A DNA stretch of 49,957 nucleotides from Candidatus Micrarchaeaceae archaeon (GTDB taxonomy: Archaea > Micrarchaeota > Micrarchaeia > Micrarchaeales > Micrarchaeaceae): NCBI GenBank assembly GCA_050013715.1, contig JBEKES010000002.1, positions 1-49,957 of the forward strand. Reading direction: 5' to 3'. Under the pieces are notes generated by a model. It was not told the origin of the DNA. It ran no database searches and worked only from the letters and a program-made list of their open reading frames with translations. Position numbers and translations under genes: made by a program. Below are positions 10,262 to 20,433 of the stretch, one piece after another (positions within the stretch are counted from its first letter, which is position 1; every line of letters starts with the position of its first letter).

Positions 10262-10915
10262 TCAACACAATAGCTTTTCTTTTTTATGTTTTGCTTCTTT
10301 GCGTTGGCGTTCGCTTATGTTTATTAAATTAAATCTAACATTTCCGTTCTTATGGTATAAAATATTAAGCTCAAAGGTATCATTGCACGTGTTCAGTGAG
10401 AATACATGACTTACTACTTTCCTTATGTCTGGTCTTGTGTTGGCTAATGAGCTCTGTTTATCCATATGGATCCAGTTCAAATTACCTAAGAACTCAAAAT
10501 CAAAGTTTCTAAAAGGTGTGGAATACACATATACTATTTGCTTTTGACTCTCATCTTCATTCATGTATACTATTTTTCCATGAAGTTTCAGTTTTTCCTT
10601 TTGAATGGTGGTTTTTGCCTGTTCTTTTAAGATTCTTACCATGCCTTCTGGAACTGTTTCATCCTTCATCATACCTGCTATACCTTCAGGTAAAACCATT
10701 ACAATTCTTTTCTTATCTTTTGCTTCAATTCCCCTAACAAAGTACTGTTCTTCTGGTTTTAAACTTTCAATATGTTTTGATATAAAAAGTAATTTATCTA
10801 ACCTGTAAACAAGGCACATTGCCATTGGAGCCTCTATCACTGCAACTTTCGATAAGTCAAGAGTAACATCTTCGATAGCAGATTCATCTCTAACCAAACT
10901 ATTTAATTCCCACAT
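10262..10915 (-). CDS. Degenerate Nudix-fold-like hypothetical protein
   Basis: Weak collinearity with neighbour (MCLV.R, ET..EGMVRILKEQA, LKLHGKI); no intact Nudix box. Confidence 0.5.
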   Translation of the reverse strand: MWELNSLVRDESAIEDVTLDLSKVAVIEAPMAMCLVYRLDKLLFISKHIESLKPEEQYFVRGIEAKDKKRIVMVLPEGIAGMMKDETVPEGMVRILKEQAKTTIQKEKLKLHGKIVYMNEDESQKQIVYVYSTPFRNFDFEFLGNLNWIHMDKQSSLANTRPDIRKVVSHVFSLNTCNDTFELNILYHKNGNVRFNLINISERQRKEAKHKKEKLLC

Positions 10916-10950
10916 AAAAAGGCTCTGTTTGTCCAGATATTTATATATTG

Positions 10951-11211
10951 TTACTGCTTCTTTCCTGCCTGTTTTGGCTTATGCTCTTCCTTTGGCTTCA
11001 CTCCCAGTGTCTTGTTTATCTGGCCCTTGTCGTTTACATCCACTTTCTCGTTCAGGAATTCCAGATGCCTTGTATTGCATCTTCTCTCCTTTTGCCTTAC
11101 TGAAGTAACGATATTAACGAATCCATCGCTGAGCACTTTTGTCACAACCGCTCTGCTTCCTGCGTCTCTTCCATATTTCTTTATGCAAACTCTTCCTGGT
11201 TCAAGCAACAT
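10951..11211 (-). CDS. rpl14e: 50S ribosomal protein L14e
   Basis: EPGRVCIKKYGRDAG...RRCNTRHLE. Confidence 0.95.
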   Translation of the reverse strand: MLLEPGRVCIKKYGRDAGSRAVVTKVLSDGFVNIVTSVRQKERRCNTRHLEFLNEKVDVNDKGQINKTLGVKPKEEHKPKQAGKKQ

Positions 11212-11216
11212 ATAAT

Positions 11217-11768
11217 TCACCTAAATATTAATTTTTCTTTTCCCATTGCAAGCATCGATATTAATGAAACTGTCTCTTCTAATTTTGATTTTCCTGTATT
11301 TATCTCAATGTCGAAGTTTTCGCGTTTATTCACATCTATTCCGTATAAATCCATAAACGCTTTCGAATTTATTGCATCTTTCTTTGTTACATAATCCTTT
11401 GCATCTTCAATGCTGAGTTTTCTTTCAACGCTGCATCTTCTTGCGCGCTCATCGAATGGTGCATAGAGCCACACTCTTATTGTCGGTTCTTCAACGATCC
11501 ATGGGCCTATCCATGTTGTAACGACGCAATTGTTGTTCTTTGCAAGCGTTTTCACTTCATTGTCAAACGAATCCGCGTATTCCTTGTTTGCTGTTTGGAG
11601 TATATTGTAAACCTCATTGCCTTGCGTTTCTGTCTTCTTAAAATCCTTATATGCAGCTGAGCCGTATTTCGTTATGTGCATTATGTTCAGGTCTTTCGAA
11701 ATCGCATTTCCTATACTGGTTTTGCCTGTATCTGTAAATCCACTTATACATATGCGCAGCATAAACAC
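11217..11768 (-). CDS. cmk: Cytidylate kinase
   Basis: P-loop ISGFTDTGKT, VWLYAPFDERARR, LYGIDV; between L34e and L14e. Confidence 0.88.
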   Translation of the reverse strand: MFMLRICISGFTDTGKTSIGNAISKDLNIMHITKYGSAAYKDFKKTETQGNEVYNILQTANKEYADSFDNEVKTLAKNNNCVVTTWIGPWIVEEPTIRVWLYAPFDERARRCSVERKLSIEDAKDYVTKKDAINSKAFMDLYGIDVNKRENFDIEINTGKSKLEETVSLISMLAMGKEKLIFR

Positions 11769-11770
11769 AC

Positions 11771-12097
11771 TTAGTGTGCAACTAATTGAAGCACATAGGT
11801 CCTTTGCTTTATTCCTATGTCGTCAAGCTTCATTTCTCCCTGCTCTACTCTGCTCCCTAGCTTTACCACATCTGCAGTGCAGTTTGCGCATAATACTCCG
11901 CCGAACAATCTGCTGTTCGTTTTCCTGGACTTGCCTCCTGTTGTGCCTATGCCGTTGAGCTCCAGCTTGCAAATTGAGCAATGCGGCAATGATGACTTCG
12001 CCCTCCTGAAATGTATGACGTGCCTTCCCGTCTTTGTAATCTTGTCCGATCTCTTGAAGCTTCTTGATCTATGCATTGGTTTTGGCATGAATATCAC
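11771..12097 (-). CDS. rpl34e: 50S ribosomal protein L34e
   Basis: MPKPMHRSRS, CSIC, RLFGGVLCANC. Confidence 0.93.
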   Translation of the reverse strand: MIFMPKPMHRSRSFKRSDKITKTGRHVIHFRRAKSSLPHCSICKLELNGIGTTGGKSRKTNSRLFGGVLCANCTADVVKLGSRVEQGEMKLDDIGIKQRTYVLQLVAH

Positions 12098-12126
12098 ATA
12101 TTAAGAGTATATTAGTAGCGCAAGGT

Positions 12127-12636
12127 TTATTGATTATTTGGTTGAGTTCCTTTTGCGGAAGCGTCACTATCTTGTAATAGTTTTGCCTCCTCCTTTGCCT
12201 TCTTCCTGTCGTAAAGCATTACGAATCCAGCTGAAATAAGTCCCAGTATAAGCACAGTATAAAAGAATGTGGTCTTTATGCCAGAGACGTTGCTCGCTCC
12301 AAAAGGCAATGCAGGTATTATCAGATAATAGGTGATTATAAGCATGGGCAATATTACGATCATGGGCTTCATGCTGTATTTCATGCTCTCACCCATCAAT
12401 GGCATTACCTCTTTCTGCTTTGCCATCATCTGCTCCTGAGATGCCTTTTCCTTGATCATGGCGTTCATCTCCTTTTGCACCGATTGTATCTTTGCCTGTA
12501 TTTCCCTCATTCTTTTCGGGTTAGATAACTTTCTCTGTATGACTATCGATACAATAGTATAGACTATCGCTATGGTAATTATTATTATCTCGACATTATG
12601 CGGCAATGCTGGAAAGAATCCCATTTCAAACACCAA
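12127..12636 (-). CDS. DUF106 / EMC3-TMCO1 (Oxa1 superfamily) membrane protein
   Basis: TM-coiled coil-TM, MKYSMKPM; conserved position after adk. Confidence 0.85.
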   Translation of the reverse strand: MVFEMGFFPALPHNVEIIIITIAIVYTIVSIVIQRKLSNPKRMREIQAKIQSVQKEMNAMIKEKASQEQMMAKQKEVMPLMGESMKYSMKPMIVILPMLIITYYLIIPALPFGASNVSGIKTTFFYTVLILGLISAGFVMLYDRKKAKEEAKLLQDSDASAKGTQPNNQ

Positions 12637-13198
12637 ATAATTCCTTCAAATGAACACTGAATTCCTTTACGCTTAGGTCCAATTCTCCCTGCTCGTTGAA
12701 TACCACGTACAAAGGAATGTCATAGTAGGTCGAGCATGCAGCGATTATGGAGATGTTTATTTCCCTCTGCACGTCTATAAGTTCAACTCTCTCGTTTTCC
12801 CTTCTTCGCGTCTTGTCACCCTTCCTTCTTCTTGATATGTCCTGGGTCAATGCATCAATGTACACGAATCCGACAAGATTCTTCAAATGCTGCTGATGGC
12901 TCATCGCAAAGCCGGGCAAATACCTTCCGTTTTGCTCTATGGTTGCATGGGTATCCAGTATTATGTTGCCATCCATTTTCGTTATTTCCTTGAAGGCTTC
13001 TACTTGCAATTCATTCACTTTTTTTGCGCTGAGGAATCTTAATTCATCCCTGTCTTTGACATATTTCTTCTTCAATGCGATTTTCATGATTTGGGTGCCT
13101 ACGTTTACTATCTTGTAATGCTTGTTCTTTGCAACTCCATTGACTATGCTGCTCTTACCTGCACCCGGCGAACCGCATACGAATACTACTCTGTTCAT
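12626..13198 (-). CDS. adkA: Archaeal adenylate kinase
   Basis: GSPGAGKSS, DRDELR, LDTHA, GRYLPG. Confidence 0.93.
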   Translation of the reverse strand: MNRVVFVCGSPGAGKSSIVNGVAKNKHYKIVNVGTQIMKIALKKKYVKDRDELRFLSAKKVNELQVEAFKEITKMDGNIILDTHATIEQNGRYLPGFAMSHQQHLKNLVGFVYIDALTQDISRRRKGDKTRRRENERVELIDVQREINISIIAACSTYYDIPLYVVFNEQGELDLSVKEFSVHLKELFGV

Positions 13199-13207
13199 CT
13201 AATTCCT

Positions 13208-14863
13208 TCAATCCATTTCTCCCATGCCGCCCATTCCAGGAGGGCCGCCTGGGCCTCCTCTGGACTTGCCTCTTGAGCTTATCATGTCATCTATTCTTAG
13301 TATTATTTCGGCAGCTTCGCTGGCGCTGTTTATCGCTTGCTTCTTTATCTTCATTGGTTCATAGATTCCTAATTTGCTCATGTCGCCAACGCTGTTCTTG
13401 AAGATATCCACTCCATAGACGTTGCCTTCCTTTGCCTTGTGCTTGCTTCTTAATTGCACTAGAGTGTCTATTGCATCCATTCCTGCACTTTCCGACAATG
13501 TCTTTGGAATCGATTCCAACGCATCTGCGAACTTCTGGATTGCCAACTGTTCTCTGCCTCCTACATCGCTTGAATAGTTCCTGAGCCCGTTGGCAAGATC
13601 TATTTCAATGCTGCCTCCTCCGATTACGTACTTGCCGTCCATTATAACGCTCGAGATCGCACCTATTACGTCTGTTATTGATCTTTCTGCTTCATCAACA
13701 ACGTGCTCTGTTCCTCCTCTAACGAATATGGTTACGCTCTTTGGATCTTTGCACTTTTCAACAAAGACCATCTGCTCTCCGCCTATCTTGCGCTCTTCGA
13801 CTAATCCTGCCCATCCAAGATCCTTGCCGTCAAGGTCATCAAGGCTTGTGACTATCTTTGCCTTTGTTGCTCTTCCTAATTTTTCAATGTCGCTCTTTTT
13901 GACCCTTCTAACTGCTATTATTCCTGCCTTTGCAAGGAAGTGCTGTGCAACGTCGTCTATTCCCTTTTGTGTGAATATGACATTTGCGCCGCTCTTCTTG
14001 ATTTTCTCGGCCATTTCCTTGAGTGTGCGCTCTTCCTGCTGAAGAAATGCCTGCATTTGATCAGGACTTGTTATCTCTATTCTTGCATCTGTTTCTGTTT
14101 TTTCTATTTCAAGTGCAACGTCAAGAAGTGCTATCTTTGCCTCCTTTACGGATTTTGGCATTCCAGGATGCGATATTTCCTTGTCTATCAACACTCCATT
14201 TATGAATTGGGTGTCTGCAACGCTGCCTCCTGCCTTCTTCTCGACTTTTATGAAGTCATGGTCAACTATGATCTTGCCGCTTGCATCCTTTTCCATTACC
14301 TGCCTAACTGCCTTTATGACCATTCTTCCGAGCATAAGCTTTGTTGTTTCGTCTCCAACATTCTTCGATCCCATTGAGACCATTGCTATCTTTTCAAGCG
14401 TCTTGTCATCATTTATGTCAACATTCTTCGCATAGTTGCCTAGTATATTATTTGCCCTGTCAGCTGCCATCTTGTAGCCTCTTATTATCGTAGTTGGATG
14501 TATTCCCTGTTCGAGAAGCTCACCAGCTCCTTTAAGCAATTCACCAGCTAGTATTACTACGCTTGTTGTTCCGTCACCTACTTCCTTGTCCTGTGTTTTT
14601 GCTATGTTAACCATTATCTTTGCTACTGGGTGCTCAACATTCATCTCTTCGAGGATTGTTGCTCCGTCATTGGTTATTACAACGTCTCCGAGGTCGCTTA
14701 CCATCATCTTGTCCATTCCCTTCGGGCCGAGGGTTGTCTTTACCGCTCCGGCAACTGCCACTGCAACAGCGATGTTTGTTCGCTGTGCGTCTCTGCCAAG
14801 AATTCTTGAAGCTCCTTCTGGAAGCAAATATACTTGTTGTCCACCTAGATTATTTTCTGCCAT
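13208..14863 (-). CDS. Thermosome (group II chaperonin) subunit
   Basis: [20 protein letters not shown] tail. Confidence 0.98.
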   Translation of the reverse strand: MAENNLGGQQVYLLPEGASRILGRDAQRTNIAVAVAVAGAVKTTLGPKGMDKMMVSDLGDVVITNDGATILEEMNVEHPVAKIMVNIAKTQDKEVGDGTTSVVILAGELLKGAGELLEQGIHPTTIIRGYKMAADRANNILGNYAKNVDINDDKTLEKIAMVSMGSKNVGDETTKLMLGRMVIKAVRQVMEKDASGKIIVDHDFIKVEKKAGGSVADTQFINGVLIDKEISHPGMPKSVKEAKIALLDVALEIEKTETDARIEITSPDQMQAFLQQEERTLKEMAEKIKKSGANVIFTQKGIDDVAQHFLAKAGIIAVRRVKKSDIEKLGRATKAKIVTSLDDLDGKDLGWAGLVEERKIGGEQMVFVEKCKDPKSVTIFVRGGTEHVVDEAERSITDVIGAISSVIMDGKYVIGGGSIEIDLANGLRNYSSDVGGREQLAIQKFADALESIPKTLSESAGMDAIDTLVQLRSKHKAKEGNVYGVDIFKNSVGDMSKLGIYEPMKIKKQAINSASEAAEIILRIDDMISSRGKSRGGPGGPPGMGGMGEMD

Positions 14864-15027
14864 GTTTTCACCTAATTGAGCGTAAGTCTAAATTAAATAA
14901 TTAGAACTAATATGCAATCAGTATATGCATCAAAGCATATGCCAATTTAACAGTTAATAATTAGATGATTAGATATTTATAGATTACCCTTATTAACGTC
15001 TAGGTAATTCCCTAGGGGGTTTAAGCC

Positions 15028-15939
15028 CTATTTTAATGTTACTTTGTTTGGGTCAATATCACCAAATATTCTAGGCCTATTGTGACCATCGTGGCTTTTC
15101 GAAAAATTATAGGCATCTTCCACTGAAATTCTTTTTTTGTTAGGTCTGTAACCCTTTCTAAATGCATCAAAGAAATATCCGCTGAACGAGTGCAAAAAAT
15201 CTGAATGACTAAGCTTGTTATCTGGATCTGAACTTAGTGCTACCACGTTTCCCTTCCCCAAAGCCTCGGCAAAACTTCCATCAAGACAGAAATCAAATAC
15301 AAAAATTTCCCTTTTGGCTTCAATGTTTGAAACCATTGTCTGTAATTCAGAAACGCCAATAAATTTATACCCTAATCTAAAGGCAGGCAGATTTTCATAT
15401 CTATCATCACTGCCATCAACTTTAAATGGTTTCAATTCTCCATGATCGTGCATATAGAGGACAAAACGGCTCTTTTTATTCATGGTCTTTGATAAATGGT
15501 CCAATACTAATTTCATGGTTTCTTTATTTGCGGAACCGTCCACAGGATAGGATGATCTTTTATCGCCATAATCGGACAGGACATAAATGTTCTTTGGATT
15601 AAAGCCATTTTCCACCAATGTATCATATGCTATGGTTGCACTGATTATGAAACGCTCTTCAAGCTCTCCAATAACAATAAGCGCATATTTTCCATTAGAT
15701 TTCCTGTGTTTGTCTTGTTCTTCAAGTTTTATCCTATTCTTTAAAGCTTCTGGTGGTTTGACATCGGTTGGAACTTGGGAGAAGGAGGCAAAGCTTGAGA
15801 TAAGAACAACACTGCCAACCAAAAGCGTTCTTTTAAGAAATCCGAGATTTTCTGTTGGTTCTTGTTTCCTCAAAAGCTGGTTTTCTGAAACATGCTTTTT
15901 GAATTTTGTTATTTCCGTCATTGTAAAACCAACAATCAA
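15028..15939 (-). CDS. Peptidase C13 (legumain/caspase-fold)-like protein
   Basis: YALIVIG, LYMHDHG (His), VFDFCLDGSF (Cys); N-terminal hydrophobic segment. Confidence 0.7.
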   Translation of the reverse strand: MIVGFTMTEITKFKKHVSENQLLRKQEPTENLGFLKRTLLVGSVVLISSFASFSQVPTDVKPPEALKNRIKLEEQDKHRKSNGKYALIVIGELEERFIISATIAYDTLVENGFNPKNIYVLSDYGDKRSSYPVDGSANKETMKLVLDHLSKTMNKKSRFVLYMHDHGELKPFKVDGSDDRYENLPAFRLGYKFIGVSELQTMVSNIEAKREIFVFDFCLDGSFAEALGKGNVVALSSDPDNKLSHSDFLHSFSGYFFDAFRKGYRPNKKRISVEDAYNFSKSHDGHNRPRIFGDIDPNKVTLK

Positions 15940-15983
15940 TTTATTGAAATAAAAATACTAAATTAATTTAACAACTATTATTT

Positions 15984-16955
15984 TTACTGTCTTTTGACTT
16001 TTAAAATCAAATCTATCCGATTATCGCTATCCTGATTTGTAACATCTGCGTTCCTAAGTTTATTCCAATAACCGGAAGCTAATACCCTAAGCTCCTCAGT
16101 TAATTTGCCCTGACGATCCTGGTCTGGTATATATTGATTAATTATTTCCTGCGCCTCATTCAACTTGCTTTCAACATCGCAAGTCTTATAGAATTTAGCC
16201 CTATGCTCAATCATACCATCTGTGAATGAATCAATGTGTGAAATCAATGCCCAAAAAGTGCTAAGCCCGGCAACCTGCACCGCTGCAGGATCAAGAAATT
16301 CCTTTGCTGTTTGAGCTGCTTTCCTATAGCTTGCATATGGGTGGACAATGCCCTTTCCCTTTTCAAGTATTTTTCCCATTGTAATTGGATTAACTGACAT
16401 ATATTCGCTGTATATTAATTTTGCAAATGCCTTTGCAAAATCATTTTCATTCAATCTTCTCAAGATTACTGCGGTATTGTAGTGAGATTCTGCCGCGCCG
16501 TAAAAATCCCCTTCCACCAGGTTTTTCCCACCATCAATAATATAAAAAATCGCCTTTGTTGATTCGTTTCTTACTCTCGCAGAACACGAATCATCAAGTC
16601 TCGAATGATCTATGACTTTTTTAACAAGAAGAGTGCGTACATCATCCGGTCCAAAAAACTCATCGCATGTTAATATCGCTTCCTGTTGCGCTTTATGTAC
16701 AGGGACATGCGGCATTTGCGGTGCTGGAATAAGACCTAGCGCCAAATCACGTTCAGTGTCAATAAATCTTAGGCAGGCAAGCCCTGATGCAATGTCTCTT
16801 TCCTCTATCGTTTTGGCCTCTTTTGCTGCATATCTGTTTTGCGTTGCAGCTATATAGGAATAGCCCCTACTAGATAAACGCTCGGCCTCTCTCATGTACG
16901 ATCCATACCTATCAATTCCCGTGAGATTTACTCTTTCAATAGTTGCAGTTGCCAT
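15984..16955 (-). CDS. Hypothetical alpha-helical protein (orphan-like)
   Basis: 323 aa ORF; Ala-rich helical pattern. Confidence 0.7.
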   Translation of the reverse strand: MATATIERVNLTGIDRYGSYMREAERLSSRGYSYIAATQNRYAAKEAKTIEERDIASGLACLRFIDTERDLALGLIPAPQMPHVPVHKAQQEAILTCDEFFGPDDVRTLLVKKVIDHSRLDDSCSARVRNESTKAIFYIIDGGKNLVEGDFYGAAESHYNTAVILRRLNENDFAKAFAKLIYSEYMSVNPITMGKILEKGKGIVHPYASYRKAAQTAKEFLDPAAVQVAGLSTFWALISHIDSFTDGMIEHRAKFYKTCDVESKLNEAQEIINQYIPDQDRQGKLTEELRVLASGYWNKLRNADVTNQDSDNRIDLILKVKRQ

Positions 16956-17357
16956 CTATTTACGCCTATAAAACTCATTTTTTCTTAGTTTAGGCCCAAA
17001 AGAAATATTCCATCCTCTTGGGTATGGTAGAGGTGGTTTTAATTTAAATTCACTCTCTACTATTCTTGCTTGTAACTTACTTTGACTTAAGCTGATTCTT
17101 TCTGCATCGAATTTGTTTTCGTTTGTTTTTTGGAGAGAAATTTCATCTACCTCATAGAATAACTTACGCGCATTATTTGCGTTCGCAATCATAGATGGCA
17201 TAAATTCTAATTCTCTTGCATTTCTAGCAGCATACCAAAACTCAATTGCAGCAGAATAACGATCATTTGCCGTTAAAAGCTCAGTTCCGCGGGCTACATG
17301 CAATCCTAATAAAATATATGTACTGTGTTTAGATAAATCAACAATCGTTGTTCCCAT
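16956..17357 (-). CDS. Hypothetical protein (orphan-like)
   Basis: 133 aa ORF with TATA box and GTGATA RBS. Confidence 0.65.
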   Translation of the reverse strand: MGTTIVDLSKHSTYILLGLHVARGTELLTANDRYSAAIEFWYAARNARELEFMPSMIANANNARKLFYEVDEISLQKTNENKFDAERISLSQSKLQARIVESEFKLKPPLPYPRGWNISFGPKLRKNEFYRRK

Positions 17358-17400
17358 AATATCACTTAAATAGAAACTCAGTTTATTCAGATATTTATAA

Positions 17401-18186
17401 CTAACTAATCATATTTTCTATAATTTTTTCAAAAAGTTTTGATATCTCTGAATCTTCAATAACAGGTATTTTTCCACTATCACTATAATCATTGAATTTT
17501 TTGTTGAATGCAATGCAGCCGAGCAAATTCGTATCTAAATTTTTCATGACATCTTTTGTGTATTCACTTATCTCTTCGTTTGACATGTTTTCTATAATGC
17601 CTATGATTGGCACATTAAGTCGTTTAGCCATAAGGCCGGATCGTATTGAATTAATTGCTGCTATTTTTTGAGGGGTAGTAACTATAATGAAACCATCAAG
17701 CTCAAGCACCTGCATTATTGTTAAAGGGGAATCTGAAGTTCCTGGAGGAAGATCTATTATCAAGTAATCAAGCTCTCCCCAGTCTGTATTTTCAAAGAAG
17801 TCTCCAAGCATCTTAACTATTATGGGTCCTCTCCATATTATCGGCCTTTTTATGTCATCAACAACAAGTGCAGTTGATGCTACTTTTACATTATCCTTTA
17901 CCAATGGCTTGAGCGGAAAGCTTGAAGTGTCTATCTTTTCAGTAATTCCAAGAAACAGCGAAACATTAGGAGTATCTATATCAGCATCAAGAATGCCTAC
18001 TTTGAATCCTTTTTTGCTTAGTGCATAGGCAAGGTTCACAGCTACTGTTGTCTTGCCTACTCCTCCCTTGGCACTGTAAACGCCTATCTTGTGCTTTATG
18101 TTGGCTAGCTTCTCCTTGAGCCGCTCCTTCTGCCTTATTACGCCCATAAACGAGGGATGCATGCTAGGCGCTTGCTCTTCTGGCAT
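17401..18186 (-). CDS. Mrp/NBP35 (ApbC) Fe-S carrier ATPase
   Basis: SAKGGVGKTT, DADID, IIWRGP, DLPPGTSD, IIENMS. Confidence 0.93.
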   Translation of the reverse strand: MPEEQAPSMHPSFMGVIRQKERLKEKLANIKHKIGVYSAKGGVGKTTVAVNLAYALSKKGFKVGILDADIDTPNVSLFLGITEKIDTSSFPLKPLVKDNVKVASTALVVDDIKRPIIWRGPIIVKMLGDFFENTDWGELDYLIIDLPPGTSDSPLTIMQVLELDGFIIVTTPQKIAAINSIRSGLMAKRLNVPIIGIIENMSNEEISEYTKDVMKNLDTNLLGCIAFNKKFNDYSDSGKIPVIEDSEISKLFEKIIENMIS

Positions 18187-18248
18187 ATTACAAGTTTAGC
18201 CAAGCCAACTTATATATATCTGAACGGATATCAAAATAATGTGGTACA

Positions 18249-18428
18249 ATGAGTGGAGCAGAAATTACTGCAGGAACTAAAATTCGTTCAAAGGAAGAAC
18301 TCCTAGCTTTGCATAGGAACGCATACCAGCAACTGAAGGCTATAAAAATGATTTCAGATGCAAGAACGGTGTATTTAGATGATTTGCTTGCTGAATTCAA
18401 GCGACTTGTTCAATTAAAAAGGAAGTAA
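18249..18428 (+). CDS. Small hypothetical protein (59 aa)
   Basis: MSGAEITAGTKIRSKEELLAL...VQLKRK; TATA and GTGGT upstream; below ORF-track cutoff. Confidence 0.6.
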   Translation: MSGAEITAGTKIRSKEELLALHRNAYQQLKAIKMISDARTVYLDDLLAEFKRLVQLKRK

Positions 18429-18429
18429 A

Positions 18430-18660
18430 ATGGCAACAACACTAACTAATAATAAAACTCAAACGCAAGTAGACGATGAGCAAACTCTAAGCCTTAATAT
18501 AAAAAGATATGATCTAGAAAAATTCAAGTTATTGCTTAGAGTAACAACTTTTGAAGTTAATGCAGCCAAGATAGTATTATCAGGATTATCAAGATCTTCT
18601 TACCCTACTGAAAATTTTGATAAATTGATTGAAGCATTAAAAAGAGCCACGAGTGACTAA
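18430..18660 (+). CDS. Small hypothetical protein
   Basis: 76 aa ORF immediately after the previous ORF. Confidence 0.6.
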   Translation: MATTLTNNKTQTQVDDEQTLSLNIKRYDLEKFKLLLRVTTFEVNAAKIVLSGLSRSSYPTENFDKLIEALKRATSD

Positions 18661-18736
18661 TACGCTTAAATAACTTTGTAAACATAAACTACCTATAAAT
18701 ATAATCTAATTATATTAAGTATACTAAGGCGAGAAA

Positions 18737-19099
18737 ATGAAAATAAGTGATCTAAAAGTCGGTGCCAGCAACGTTACCATACAGGCAAAGGTAACACAAA
18801 AGGATGCACCAAGAGAAGTTGTAACAAAGTACGGAAAGAGATTAAGCGTAGCAAACATAACCCTTTCGGATGACACAGGCTCCATAGCAATGTCATTGTG
18901 GGGAAACGATATCAATACTGTTGATGTTGGAGACACGATAGAAGTCGCAAACGGCTATGTGAATGAATTCAGAGGAACTCCTCAATTGGCATCAGGAAAG
19001 TTCGGCAAGATAACTGTTGTTGAGAAAGGCGCAGGAGGAGGAAGCTCGGACAGCGAGTTCGAAGCCTCTGAAGATGAAGCGGAAGAATCAGAAGATTAA
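18737..19099 (+). CDS. ssb: Single-stranded DNA-binding protein (single OB fold, acidic tail)
   Basis: MKISDLK, DDTGSIAMSLW, NGYVNEFRG, acidic C-terminus. Confidence 0.9.
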   Translation: MKISDLKVGASNVTIQAKVTQKDAPREVVTKYGKRLSVANITLSDDTGSIAMSLWGNDINTVDVGDTIEVANGYVNEFRGTPQLASGKFGKITVVEKGAGGGSSDSEFEASEDEAEESED

Positions 19100-19187
19100 T
19101 TCTTTTTCTTATTTTGTCCTAATTTGCAATAACTCCTAATTGCAAATTTATATATATCTATTAGAGCAAAGAGTCCTTGATGATAAA

Positions 19188-19433
19188 ATGAACAAGGAAA
19201 GAGCAATTTTAATGGACGCCATAAGAAAAGGAAGCGATTATAGAGTATCCTCAAGTGAAGCAATCAGGTTGATCAGGACCTATAATATGGAATGCGGTTA
19301 TCCTGACGAGGTTTTTTTACCTTCGCGTGAACATATGGTAAGAATGAATGATGTAAGAGCCCAAAAAGTATATGGACTTTTGTCAGAGTGTGTGGAATAT
19401 TGTTCTGTAAAAATGCTATTAAGGCTATTTTGA
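19188..19433 (+). CDS. Small hypothetical protein (orphan-like)
   Basis: ATG 19188 after TATA box and GATGAT. Confidence 0.55.
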   Translation: MNKERAILMDAIRKGSDYRVSSSEAIRLIRTYNMECGYPDEVFLPSREHMVRMNDVRAQKVYGLLSECVEYCSVKMLLRLF

Positions 19434-20429
19434 ATTCTTCCAATACCTAAGTGTCCAGAGCAATGCGATAAGGCCTATGGCGACACCAAACCAAAGGTAT
19501 GCTATTCTTGTCATTATAGTAACCGCAGAGCTTAACGCGCTGGAAAGCATGAATTCGCTTTTCAGCAAAGTTACCAGCGTTGCATCAGCAACTCCTACTC
19601 CTCCTGGAAGCGTTGAAATCATGCCGAAAATTTGCGCCACAGAGAATATGAAAGTTGATACAATTACTCTGGGATTCAATCCAACAGCAAGGAGCGAGAA
19701 GTAAAGCGCAAAGGAATTGAGGAAATCAGCAGGCATTGTATACATGAGCGAGAACAGATAGGTTCTCGGCTTGTTAAGCGTGCTCTGTGAAAGGTAATAG
19801 GTACCTCCATACTTCAAAACCTTTTTTGTTATGTATCCTTTCTTCTTCTTTTGCTTTATCAGATTGTAGATCCAAGGAGTTAGTATGAATATGAAAGGTA
19901 TTACCAATACAAGGTCGAGAATTATTACATAAATGACATATTTTCCTATATATAACGAAATCAGAAATGCGAATATCGCAAAACCCACAAAATCAGTGAA
20001 AAGATTCATTGTAACGATGGGAATTATCTTCGCGAACTTGTTGTTCGTTAATTTCTTTATGGTATATGCGGCAACAACGCTTCCTATGTTACCTGGTGTT
20101 ATGCTCATTGCGTTTGTCGATAGGTAAACAAGGAAATTCTTTCTTTTTGGGATTTTAAGATTCAGTTTTCTTGTAAGGTAATCCCATTTGAAGAAACGCG
20201 CAATGTAGCTTGCAAACACGCATGCAAATGCAAGAAGGTAATACCACTTGTTCGCGTTGCCGATGGTGCTTATGACATTTGAAAATCCTCCGAAAAGCGC
20301 TATGGCAACAAATACCGCAAAACTGCCCACAAGACCAAGAACTATGAACAATCCGAATCTGTCCACAAGCTTTCGGTATTCCTTTCTGCTTACCATTTTT
20401 TTAGGATGGGATGAATCTCTCGAAGCCAT
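19425..20429 (-). CDS. UPF0104 / lysylphosphatidylglycerol synthase TM-type membrane protein (putative flippase)
   Basis: RFFKW, ITPGNIG, PGGVGVAD, TRIAYLW. Confidence 0.85.
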   Translation of the reverse strand: MASRDSSHPKKMVSRKEYRKLVDRFGLFIVLGLVGSFAVFVAIALFGGFSNVISTIGNANKWYYLLAFACVFASYIARFFKWDYLTRKLNLKIPKRKNFLVYLSTNAMSITPGNIGSVVAAYTIKKLTNNKFAKIIPIVTMNLFTDFVGFAIFAFLISLYIGKYVIYVIILDLVLVIPFIFILTPWIYNLIKQKKKKGYITKKVLKYGGTYYLSQSTLNKPRTYLFSLMYTMPADFLNSFALYFSLLAVGLNPRVIVSTFIFSVAQIFGMISTLPGGVGVADATLVTLLKSEFMLSSALSSAVTIMTRIAYLWFGVAIGLIALLWTLRYWKNSK

Positions 20430-20433
20430 GGAA

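Noticed and set aside
13590..14904. Plus-strand ORFs over the thermosome gene (and similar antisense ORFs throughout)
   Set aside because: Antisense shadows of well-supported genes, with no motifs of their own.
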